Shown one piece after another: positions 28,109-36,748 of a stretch of DNA of 44,273 bases. Position 1 is the stretch's first letter; each line of letters starts with the position of its first letter. Origin of the DNA: a candidate division WOR-3 bacterium (lineage in GTDB: Bacteria; Hydrothermota; Tepidihabitantia; Tepidihabitantales; CAIPLT01); assembly GCA_965649215.1 (NCBI GenBank), contig CBFGJZ010000003.1, positions 1 to 44,273 on the forward strand, written 5' to 3'. The notes beneath the pieces were generated by a model that was not told the DNA's origin, ran no database searches, and saw nothing but the letters and a program-made list of their open reading frames with translations. Made by a program: the position numbers and the translations under genes.

Positions 28109-29167
28109 TTAAGATAATCTTTTCATTTCTTCGGATGGTGACATCGACTCGACGCTAGAAAGTTTATTGTCAAACTTATCAAGTTTGTTTTGGGCATCTT
28201 CATATTTGGATTGCGCATTTCGTAAATGTTTACCTAAGGTTTCAAATTCATCCTTAAAACTATTAAAATCATTGGTCAATTTTTGCAAAGTCTGTAAAAT
28301 CTGGGCTGCTTTTTGTTCTATTTTAAGACCGCGCAGACCCAACACAACCGCTTGTAAATAAGCATACAAACTATTCGGTGAAACTGGAATCACTTTCTTT
28401 TCAATTGCATATTGGCTAATACTCTTCTCATCTGGATCCTCTTTGATAATCACTTCATAATAAACATTTTCTGCCGGAATATACATCATCGCAAAATCAT
28501 AAGTTCCTTCATCAGGCAGAATATATTTATTTGCGATATCATCAATGTGTTTTCTGACATCTTTTAAGAACTCTTTACGGGCTCTTTTTCTCTCATCATC
28601 AGTTGTGCTTGAGCCGATACGATTAAAATTCTCTAACGGAAATTTAGCATCAATCGGCACTAATTTTTGACCGACTTTAACAACTGCATCAACTTTGCCC
28701 GATTTAAAAGAATACTGCAAGTCATAATACTCTTGAGGTAAAATTTGTCCCAGTAAATCGCCTAAAAAGAATTCACCTAAAAGACCACGGGTTTTAGGTG
28801 CTTTTAAGATTTCCTGTAATTTAGAAATATCTTTGCTGATATCTATCATCTGTTTTGTTGCTTCACTAAGACCACCGATACCCTCCTTAACATTTAACAT
28901 CACATTTGCTGCTTTATCTAATCGCTCGCTAATCTGACCGGTTTGGTTTGAAAGTTGTTGAGTGACAAGTTGCAATTGTTGATTCACTTCGTTACGGATA
29001 TTAGACAACTGCTGAGATAAAGTATCATTGGTCTGCTGTCGTAAACTCTCAATTTGATTCTGAAGCATCACTAAACTCTGGTCAGATTGTTGCTTCTGTG
29101 GGCGTAAAAGTAAATAAATTATAAGCCCAATTAAAATAATTAATAAAACAAAGATAGCAATGGTCAT
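28109..29167 (-). CDS. rmuC: DNA recombination protein RmuC
   Basis: N-terminal TM, coiled coil, PKTRGLLGE, PIDAKFP, KYI, DFAMMYIPAE, VSPNSL. Confidence 0.93.
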   Translation of the reverse strand: MTIAIFVLLIILIGLIIYLLLRPQKQQSDQSLVMLQNQIESLRQQTNDTLSQQLSNIRNEVNQQLQLVTQQLSNQTGQISERLDKAANVMLNVKEGIGGLSEATKQMIDISKDISKLQEILKAPKTRGLLGEFFLGDLLGQILPQEYYDLQYSFKSGKVDAVVKVGQKLVPIDAKFPLENFNRIGSSTTDDERKRARKEFLKDVRKHIDDIANKYILPDEGTYDFAMMYIPAENVYYEVIIKEDPDEKSISQYAIEKKVIPVSPNSLYAYLQAVVLGLRGLKIEQKAAQILQTLQKLTNDFNSFKDEFETLGKHLRNAQSKYEDAQNKLDKFDNKLSSVESMSPSEEMKRLS

Positions 29168-29173
29168 AAGAGA

Positions 29174-29202
29174 AAAATACTGATAAATTTAGATAAAGTC
29201 AA
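29174..29202 (-). promoter_or_regulatory. Sigma70 promoter, leaderless configuration (rmuC)
   Basis: TTGACT (29202-29197), 17 bp, TATTTT (29179-29174), 6 nt, ATG at 29167. Confidence 0.5.
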
Positions 29203-29285
29203 GATTAATCCATCTCAAACAAAATTATTGACAAAATAATTGGGGGGTATAATCGAAATAATAATTCAAAATAAACGGAGGAAAT

Positions 29286-30134
29286 ATGGCATCAATTGCA
29301 GAATGTATTAAAGAGCCTCTTCAAAAAATGAATCTTGAAGAAAAAGGACTATTAAATATCATTTTGACTTATGGTAAAAACGCAAATGACGTATTTAAAG
29401 ATAGACTAAAAGATCCCACTGTATTAACAGAATGGGCAAACAAAACTACGGGGGATGAAAAAGAAATTGCAAGAAAATTAAATGGTTATTTTACCGGTGG
29501 GCTTGGAATCGGTGATTGGTGGCATGGAAGATCGGAAAATTACGGTATTCAGCTTGAGTACATAATAGACAAAGTTTTAATTAAAGCTCTAAAAGTTAGC
29601 AAACCAATTTTCGACAGCGACGTTAACACAACTCAAGGTGCGATAGATAGAGAACAATGGATTACTGTAAAAATATTAGATTCAATATGGAATAAAATGC
29701 CGGAAGAGATAAAAAAAGAAATTATTCAGATTACAGAAAAATTGCTTAAAGAGAAAGGTGTCGATAAAGCAAAAATCTCACAAGTTTCCGGCGCAATGCT
29801 TTTCGGTACATTTACAGCTACCAAAGCAATTCTAGGGTTTCAATTTCATATAATACTTGCTAAAGTATCAAATCTGATTGTAAAAGCACTTATAGGAAGA
29901 GGTCTTAGTGTAGTTGGTAATGCGTTGTTACAAAGAATAGCAGCTGTTATTTTTGGACCGGCTGGGTGGATTATTACAGGCATACTTCTAATACCAACTT
30001 TATTTCCTCGGGAACTTGATAAATATATACCTGCTGTTTTTCTTATTGGTATGGTTCGTTTAAGAAAAGATGAGAAACAAAAAGAAAAAAGAAATGGTGG
30101 CAATTCTGGAAACGGAGTTAAATTTTTGAGCTGA
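29286..30134 (+). CDS. YaaW/UPF0174 (DUF3944)-like protein
   Basis: KILDSIWNKM, VKALIGRGLSVVGNA..RIAAVIFGPAGWIITG and IPAV...R match the conserved C-terminal half of this family as I recall it. GGAGG SD. Confidence 0.65.
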   Translation: MASIAECIKEPLQKMNLEEKGLLNIILTYGKNANDVFKDRLKDPTVLTEWANKTTGDEKEIARKLNGYFTGGLGIGDWWHGRSENYGIQLEYIIDKVLIKALKVSKPIFDSDVNTTQGAIDREQWITVKILDSIWNKMPEEIKKEIIQITEKLLKEKGVDKAKISQVSGAMLFGTFTATKAILGFQFHIILAKVSNLIVKALIGRGLSVVGNALLQRIAAVIFGPAGWIITGILLIPTLFPRELDKYIPAVFLIGMVRLRKDEKQKEKRNGGNSGNGVKFLS

Positions 30135-30236
30135 TATTTATATAGAAATTAAAATTTATCAAATATTATGGATTATACATTGACAAACAAAAAGTTCACT
30201 ATATAGTAATTTACAATTACTATCCTCGTAACTAAA

Positions 30237-30385
30237 ATGAATAGCATAAATCTACCCCCAGACCTTAATCTTGTTTTACAGGATTTGGTCCAAAGTCAGG
30301 AAAAGATACTAAAAGATAATTTTGTCGGTTTCTATCTGCAATATTCTTTTGATAATTAAAATTAATAATTTCGACGCTTACGTCC
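30237..30385 (+). pseudogene. N-terminal remnant of an AadA/ANT-like (DUF4111) nucleotidyltransferase
   Basis: MNSINLPPDLNLVLQDLVQSQEKILKDNFVGFYLQYSFDN* (30237-30359), then INNFDAY in another frame. Resembles ...ILGDNFVGxYLQGSFAxGDFD with the GS motif degraded. Confidence 0.55.
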
Positions 30386-30511
30386 TTCCAGTTTTATAGT
30401 TATATTTTTCTTACATCATTTTCACTCTTTCCCCCAACATTATATCTATATCCTATAGTAAAAATTATTATTATATTGACAACCTTATATTAAAGGTTTA
30501 CCATTTTAGAT

Positions 30512-31930
30512 ATGCGTTTTATTTTCTTGTTAGCGATTTTATGTTCGCTAGGATTTAGTTGGATTGTAATTAGCAACGCTCCTTATGACCAACGCCAGTC
30601 GAGCAGTGCATTTCTAAATAATCAATATCTGGTTGTTTGGTCTGATGCACGAGCGTGGCAGACTTATCAAGCCAATGTAATTTATGGCGCTCGCGTTTCT
30701 GCTTCTGGTCTGGTACTTAATCCCAATGGCTTTTTGATAAATGGTGGTTATCCAGATCGATTATTACCAAAGGTCTGTGCAAGTAGTTCTGATTGGCTAG
30801 TGATTTGGCAAGAAGGTTGCTGATTTACTCGGGATATTAAAGGTGCTCGGGTAGCGCCGAATGGTAATATCATTAATACTTTTATTATTAATAATCAAAT
30901 TGACGACCAGCTTTTTGCCGATATTGCTTTTAATAATCAAAATTATCTCGTCGCCTGGGAAGATCGTCGCGAAGACCCGACTCAAATCTATTACACTCTA
31001 ATTACTCCAACTGGTCAAGTAATAAGTCCAAATGGCAATAAAATCAGTGGTAAAGATCCGTCTGAATACTATCGCACACCTGCGGTGGCTTCTAACCATC
31101 GCGATTATTTAGTAGTCTGGTTTGGCGTTCGGCTCAGTGGCGATGTCGTTTTAGCATCACGAGTTGATAATGATGGTGTAATTATTGATAGCGTTCCTTT
31201 TGAAATATCAACTGACACAGTATTGCTGAATCAACTTGCGGTAAGCTCGGATGGAGAAAATTATTTAGTAGTTTGGACTACGCAAACTCCTGACACAATT
31301 GGCTTAGATTTAGTTTTCAAACGAATTGCCATCGATGGCTCAATCCTTGATACAATACCACATTTAATTGCTCGTAATCATAATGGAATCTATAAACCTG
31401 CAATAAGTTTTAGCGGTGGCTGTTATTTAGTAGTTTGGAATCAAGAAGATAATATTTTTGGTTGTCGTATCTTACCAGATGGCACAGTCCTTGATTCCAA
31501 TGGTTTTAGTATTTGTGTTGATACATTTCAGCAACTTGAACCCGCCATATCAAGTGATGGCCATCGTTTCTTTGTAACTTGGACCGACAACCGTAACGAT
31601 AATTATGACATTTATGGTGTATTTGTTGATAGTTTAGCCAATGTTAGCATTATTGAAAATATCTCATCGCTTACAAATAATCATTTCAATGTTAATATTT
31701 CCCCAAATCCATTTACCAGTAAAATAAATATTAAAAACAATTCAGAAATTAACTTTCTCAAAATATATGATATTTCTGGGAAATTAGTTAAATCATTTAC
31801 TAACGCATCTACACAAATAATCTGGGATGGGGAAAACAATCAAGGACAGATTGTACCTAATGGCGTATATTTATTAGAATTACAAAGCAATAATAACAAA
31901 ATCACTCGTCGAGTAATAAAATTAAAATAA
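30512..31930 (+). CDS. Secreted 7-repeat beta-propeller-like protein with T9SS/FlgD-like tail and an in-frame TGA at codon 104 (candidate selenoprotein, or nonsense pseudogene)
   Basis: ORFs 30512-30823 and 31085-31930 are in one frame, separated only by TGA 30821-30823. The intervening 87 codons continue the YLVxW...IYGARV..xG repeats. Signal peptide at the start; PNPF...IYDISGKLVK..WDG..GVY..KLK at the end. Confidence 0.85.
30842..30858 (+). promoter_or_regulatory. Candidate bacterial SECIS hairpin
   Basis: GGTGCT-CGGGT-AGCGCC stem-loop (one G-U pair). The loop starts 25 nt after the TGA and has G in its second position. Confidence 0.4.
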
Positions 31931-31931
31931 A

Positions 31932-31962
31932 AAGGCGAAGCAATTATGAGTCGCTTCGCCTT
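31932..31962. terminator. Intrinsic terminator between convergent genes
   Basis: AAGGCGAAGC...GCTTCGCCTT perfect 10-bp inverted repeat. The preceding A-run forms a U-tract for the minus-strand gene. Confidence 0.75.
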
Positions 31963-31981
31963 ACAATAAATTTATTAATAA

Positions 31982-32701
31982 CTATTTCGCAATATAGAGC
32001 GTTTCCGCAATAGAAAATGTGGTGTTATTCCAATTGCCAGCTACGGTTACAATATAGTCACCTGAAGGAAGTGGCGCGCCACTGGTGTAAGCCCAACCAT
32101 TAGAATAATATTGGGTATTGGCAGTTTTGGGACCATTTTGCGATGGATCAGTTGCTGATTGACCACCGGGAATAGTTAACATCCACGAAGTAACTGTGCA
32201 ATTATCATTAAAACTATATGTAAAATTAATCCAGCCATTAATATCTCGAGCCGCGCTGATGGTCATAATCAGCTCTTTATAAATCAACATTACAATATCA
32301 CCCACATCCGTCATCTTTCCTTCTTTAACCGTTACTTGCGTACCGCCGTAACCAGGTGTATAAGTGCCGCCGTGCACACCTACAATGTCATTATTGTCAA
32401 CAACCCCACTGCCGTTTAAATCTTTCCAAGCTAAAATATAATAATAACCTTCGACCACATCCGTAAACTCAAATTCGGATTTGGTTTGGTCAACGCCCGT
32501 CGCATCAGAGGCAACTTCTTTCACTGGTGTACCCGTTAAATCCGAACTAACATATAAACGCACCCTTGAATTACGCACATCACCCGATTGACCAGTTTGA
32601 AGAATCAGTCGCCCACGGATACCCGTTTCTTTTTCAGGACAAGAAATGGTCATAGCAATCACAAACATCAATGCTATCGTTAACAACTTTTTATGGATCA
32701 T
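31982..32701 (-). CDS. Hypothetical lipoprotein (beta-rich, carboxypeptidase-regulatory/Ig-like)
   Basis: GGAGG then MIHKKLLTIALMFVIAMTIS-C lipobox. GYYYILAWKDLNGSGVVD Ca-binding-like loop. Start reassigned to 32701. Confidence 0.7.
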   Translation of the reverse strand: MIHKKLLTIALMFVIAMTISCPEKETGIRGRLILQTGQSGDVRNSRVRLYVSSDLTGTPVKEVASDATGVDQTKSEFEFTDVVEGYYYILAWKDLNGSGVVDNNDIVGVHGGTYTPGYGGTQVTVKEGKMTDVGDIVMLIYKELIMTISAARDINGWINFTYSFNDNCTVTSWMLTIPGGQSATDPSQNGPKTANTQYYSNGWAYTSGAPLPSGDYIVTVAGNWNNTTFSIAETLYIAK

Positions 32702-32879
32702 TTGATCCTCCTTTGTTTTAGTTTTGTTGTTTAACAACAACTCAAAGATTATAAACTTACTACGGGACTTGTCAATAGTAATATTTTATTTATTACTTTA
32801 TTGCCACAAGCACAATCACAAAATTTTATCCTGCTCATTAGAACAATAATTTATATGCTGAAATGATTAGCCAATCTTT

Positions 32880-34079
32880 TTATATTTTCTCTGATAAACC
32901 AGCAATATAACCACTACTCCAAGCAAATTGCAGATTATAACCACCTGAGACACCGTCGATATCTAATATTTCGCCCGCAAAATACAATCCTTTGTGTAAT
33001 TTTGATTCCATGGTTTTAGTTTTAATTTCATCTATAGCCACCCCGCCCGCAGTTACCATTGACTCGTGAAAAGACCGTAAACCTTTAATAGCTACTAACT
33101 GATTATGTAAATGCTCATGGATTTTTATGATTTCTTTTTTCGTTAGTTGACTAACCTGTTTGTCTGTCGCAATTTGTGATTCTTGCAATGTTTTTATACA
33201 AACCTGTTTTGGTATCAATAAACTTAAGGTATTTATTAAGGTTCTTTTGGGATGGCTTTTTAGAAATACGCGCAAGTCTTCCAGCTGGTTATAGTGGGGT
33301 AAAAAATCAATCACTAATCTTTTCTTATTATCAATCAGTCGGCTTAAATCAAGTACGAGCGGACCTGAGATACCATAATGGGTAAAAATCATTTCGCCTT
33401 CTTGTTGCGCAATTACTTTTTTATCTTCAAATATCTTAAGTTTCACATTCATATTGATACCCTGTAAAGTTTGATACCAATCGTCTTTTAGTTCGATTGG
33501 CACTAATGCTGGTTTGAGTTCAATAATTGTATGACCTAACTTTTGAGCCATTTTATAGCCATCGCCATTACTGCCAAGTTGTGGATAACTCTTGCCGCCA
33601 GTCGTGAGAATCACTGCCTTAGCTTGATAAACATTCTTATCAGTTTTCACCTGCCAGTTGTTTTGGAAAGAACTAATTTTTAATACTCGCTCATTAAGTT
33701 TTACTTTAATACCAAGACGTGCAATCTCTTTAATTAAAGCATTTAGGACCGTTTCCGCTTTATTTGTATTTGGGAAAACCCGCCCATCTTTTTCAACTTT
33801 TAATTTGACGCCTAATCCTTCAAAAAACTTAATCGTATCATAAGCCCCAAATCGAGCAAAGATGCTATATAAACATTTAGTATTTTCTCCATAGTATTTA
33901 TCAATCGATAAATTAATGTTAGTTAAGTTACATCTGCCATTACCAGTAAATAAAATTTTTCTACCGAGCTGGTTATTCTTCTCAATAAGTAAAACTTGCT
34001 TATCTCTTCGTGCCGCACTAATTGCTGCCATAAGTCCTGACGCCCCGCCACCAATAATGATAATTTGAGACTTTGTCAT
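32880..34079 (-). CDS. HI0933/BaiN-family FAD-dependent oxidoreductase
   Basis: IIGGGASG, GRKILFTGNGRCNLTN, TGGKSYP..GSNGDG, FTHYGISGP, VTAGGV, GGYNLQFAWSSG. Confidence 0.93.
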   Translation of the reverse strand: MTKSQIIIIGGGASGLMAAISAARRDKQVLLIEKNNQLGRKILFTGNGRCNLTNINLSIDKYYGENTKCLYSIFARFGAYDTIKFFEGLGVKLKVEKDGRVFPNTNKAETVLNALIKEIARLGIKVKLNERVLKISSFQNNWQVKTDKNVYQAKAVILTTGGKSYPQLGSNGDGYKMAQKLGHTIIELKPALVPIELKDDWYQTLQGINMNVKLKIFEDKKVIAQQEGEMIFTHYGISGPLVLDLSRLIDNKKRLVIDFLPHYNQLEDLRVFLKSHPKRTLINTLSLLIPKQVCIKTLQESQIATDKQVSQLTKKEIIKIHEHLHNQLVAIKGLRSFHESMVTAGGVAIDEIKTKTMESKLHKGLYFAGEILDIDGVSGGYNLQFAWSSGYIAGLSEKI

Positions 34080-34084
34080 TAAGA

Positions 34085-35062
34085 TTAGAGCCTGATGTAT
34101 GCTCTTTTTGTATCAAGGAAGTAAGTTAATGAAATACAAATTAGCACAATTATTAAACCAACTGACAATAACAATAATATTTTTGTATTATCCGGCAGGA
34201 GTTTGCTAACTAAAAAAATCAAAAGTTGGCTTAAAATATAACAGACCAATGGATTTTTACCAAGGCTCCTGAGAACCGTTAATGGTTTTGACCATTTATC
34301 AGCAATCTCTAAAAAAATTAGATACCCTAAACAAGCAACCGCACTCCCAAAAACCAAATAAGACAATGAAACCAGATGCTTATTAAAAGGAATCCATAAA
34401 TTAAGTAAACAACTTATGATTAATAAAAGCAGAATTATTAAAATCAAACTCTTCATTTGTTGTTGTTTTCGTTGTTTATTCAAATAATGCATTAAAACCG
34501 AACCCAAAATAACAATAAATCCCCAAGACAAAGTTGCATAGGGACCGCCTAAACCCGATTTTTCAAATGCATAGACCCACTGATAAGCGCCGTCAAGAAT
34601 CGTCAATTGATAAACAATTGCTAAAACCATAGCCCATAATAATCTTACAATTGGCCTATAAAACATAAAAAATAAAGTATAAATACCGACGGCACCGATA
34701 ACTTGTAAAATTTCCCATTGCCAATGTCCTAAGGCTAAAATCGTTCCGAGTAGCCCAAAGATAAAAAGTATCAAATACCTCTTTAGAAAATGAACAATCA
34801 GGGCAATTTTGGAATGTTGCTGGATTCGTTTTTGAAATGACAACTCATAAGACATACCCATTGCCAATAAGAAAATCGGTACCCCTAAATCAGCCAGACC
34901 CAACCCATTCCATTGGGCATGCCATAACCAGCTTAGCAATAACTGATAATTAACTAAAAAGGTTTCAATAATCAACACCAACATTGCCAGACCCCTTAGC
35001 AAATCTATTGCCGCGTTTCGATTCTCAATCGAAGTGGTCTCAAATAGACGAAATCGCATCAT
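34085..35062 (-). CDS. Membrane acyltransferase, heparan-alpha-glucosaminide N-acetyltransferase (NagX/DUF5009)-like
   Basis: R..AIDLLRGL, HAQWNG..LADL..P.FL..MG, ILQVIG, PFNKHL.SLSY, LGKNPL. Confidence 0.75.
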   Translation of the reverse strand: MMRFRLFETTSIENRNAAIDLLRGLAMLVLIIETFLVNYQLLLSWLWHAQWNGLGLADLGVPIFLLAMGMSYELSFQKRIQQHSKIALIVHFLKRYLILFIFGLLGTILALGHWQWEILQVIGAVGIYTLFFMFYRPIVRLLWAMVLAIVYQLTILDGAYQWVYAFEKSGLGGPYATLSWGFIVILGSVLMHYLNKQRKQQQMKSLILIILLLLIISCLLNLWIPFNKHLVSLSYLVFGSAVACLGYLIFLEIADKWSKPLTVLRSLGKNPLVCYILSQLLIFLVSKLLPDNTKILLLLSVGLIIVLICISLTYFLDTKRAYIRL

Positions 35063-35121
35063 TTGATTTTAACTTCATTTTCAGTCTTGTCAATCCTCTA
35101 AGATACCGATAAAATATAATT

Positions 35122-36369
35122 ATGAAGAGATGTCTATGGTTAGCTTTACTGGGTCTCCTAGTTATTACCAACTGTTCTCAAAAAACATCTCAAATAGAAA
35201 TTACCTTTTGGCACGCTATGGGTGGAAATGTTGAAAAGGTCTTACAAGCAATGGTTGCGGATTTTGAATCAACCCACAAACATATCAAAGTCAAACTTAT
35301 TGGTATGGCTGATTACAACACTTTAGCCCAAAAACTGATGAGCGCAGCAGCCATCAATCAAACCCCGACTATTGCGCAGATGTATGAAAACTGGACTACT
35401 CAACTTTTAAGCCATCACTATTTAGAACCACTCGAGCACTATCTAAAGGGTCCTAATGGTCTCTCGCAAGCTGAACTTGATGACATCTGGCCAGTTTTAC
35501 TTCGAAACAACACCTGGCACAATCAAATTATTACTTTACCATTTAATAAAAGCGTGCCCGTATATTACTACAATGTGGATTTATTCAAACAAGCAGGCAT
35601 TACTGAATTTCCTAAAACTTGGCCTGAGTTTCGTGAAGTCTGTCTCAAACTCAAAGAAAAATTCGGAGGCAAAATCTTACCTACCGCAGGCGGACCGGAT
35701 ATCTGGGTCTTTGCTTCAATGCTCTATCAACAAGGCGGTAAACTTTATGACGAAGATGCCAATATTCCCTTATTTAACAGTCCCCAAGCTGTCAAAGGAT
35801 TACAATTTCAGATTGACTTGATTTATCAAGATAAAGTCCAAAGTACGGGTTTAAGTGCAGAGCTGATTGATGATTTCTTAGCTGCTCGGCTGGCGATGAC
35901 ACCATTTAGTTGTGCTCGCCGAGCGGTAATGATGGGAGTTGAAAGTTTTGAAATCGGCATGGCACCATTACCAATTTGGGATAGGCCTGCTTCGATAATC
36001 TATGGCACAAATATCGGCATGTTTAAATCTGCAACTAAAGCTCAAAAAGAAGCCGCCTGGCAGTTTATCAAATGGTTTATCAACAGAGACAATCAAATCC
36101 GGTGGTCATTAGGAACTTACTATGTACCGATTCAGAAAAGTGCCCTTGATGACGCTCGTATGCAAGAACATTTTGCTAAAACAGCTGGTTTAAAACAGGC
36201 TTATTTACAGATGCAAAATGCGGTCTTTGAACCAAGAAGCGAAGCCTGGTTTGAAGGCCGTAAGATCTTAATTGAAGATGGTATTGAAGTCGCAACCCTT
36301 GGTAAAAAAACTCCTCAACAAGCACTGGACTTTGCCGCTCAAAAACTTTTAGCCAGAACTAAAAAATAA
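35122..36369 (+). CDS. ABC transporter substrate-binding lipoprotein (family 1, UgpB-like)
   Basis: Lipobox ITNC, ITFWHAMGG, LPFNKSVPVYYYNVDLF, PKTW.EF, AAWQFIKW. Confidence 0.9.
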   Translation: MKRCLWLALLGLLVITNCSQKTSQIEITFWHAMGGNVEKVLQAMVADFESTHKHIKVKLIGMADYNTLAQKLMSAAAINQTPTIAQMYENWTTQLLSHHYLEPLEHYLKGPNGLSQAELDDIWPVLLRNNTWHNQIITLPFNKSVPVYYYNVDLFKQAGITEFPKTWPEFREVCLKLKEKFGGKILPTAGGPDIWVFASMLYQQGGKLYDEDANIPLFNSPQAVKGLQFQIDLIYQDKVQSTGLSAELIDDFLAARLAMTPFSCARRAVMMGVESFEIGMAPLPIWDRPASIIYGTNIGMFKSATKAQKEAAWQFIKWFINRDNQIRWSLGTYYVPIQKSALDDARMQEHFAKTAGLKQAYLQMQNAVFEPRSEAWFEGRKILIEDGIEVATLGKKTPQQALDFAAQKLLARTKK

Positions 36370-36611
36370 CAGATACCGTTTATAATAATTTGATAATACC
36401 CAATCCTCATATCCAACCCAATCGTTATCATATAATCTTATATGAAAACTACTCTCCTTTGCTGCCAATTTTAGCACCAACTTGAGCCTCTCTTTTGTCT
36501 TAAATCGTTTGACCACTCTCATTACCTTAACTTCAACAATCCATAATCCGACACTTTTATATAAAAGTTTATCTTTAAATCTTTGAATTCTTAAACCCTC
36601 TGCACTTACTA

Positions 36612-36745
36612 GATGGAGGGGATACTTCCCCTTGTCAGCAATTTTTCTAACACCGGATATTGGTTATTATCTGGTTATCAACGAGTTAAGTTAAAAAAGT
36701 AAGCTAATTTTAACTCTTATTTTATGTTACAAGGTTGTAACATTT
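36612..36745 (-). repeat. Non-coding element, copy 2 (inverted relative to 23209-23341)
   Basis: Reverse complement is ~90% identical to copy 1. IHF consensus TATCAACGAGTTA at 36676-36688. Starts 4 nt after the stop of the upstream minus-strand gene. Confidence 0.92.
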
Positions 36746-36748
36746 CTA

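Noticed and set aside
36350-36600. Minus-strand open frame (MRVVKRFKTKERLKLVLKLAAKESS...) downstream of repeat copy 2
   Set aside because: No clear SD or family motif, overlaps the end of the ABC gene, and has no counterpart at copy 1.
36705-36732. dif/Xer site (TTATGTTACAA resembles the XerD arm TTATGTTAAAT)
   Set aside because: No XerC-like arm ending in ATAA at 6-bp spacing; the motif is better explained as half of the element's palindrome.
23209-36745. Composite transposon or genomic island bounded by the inverted repeats
   Set aside because: The enclosed DNA carries core genes (rpsP, rplS, trmD, rnhB) and no transposase or integrase.
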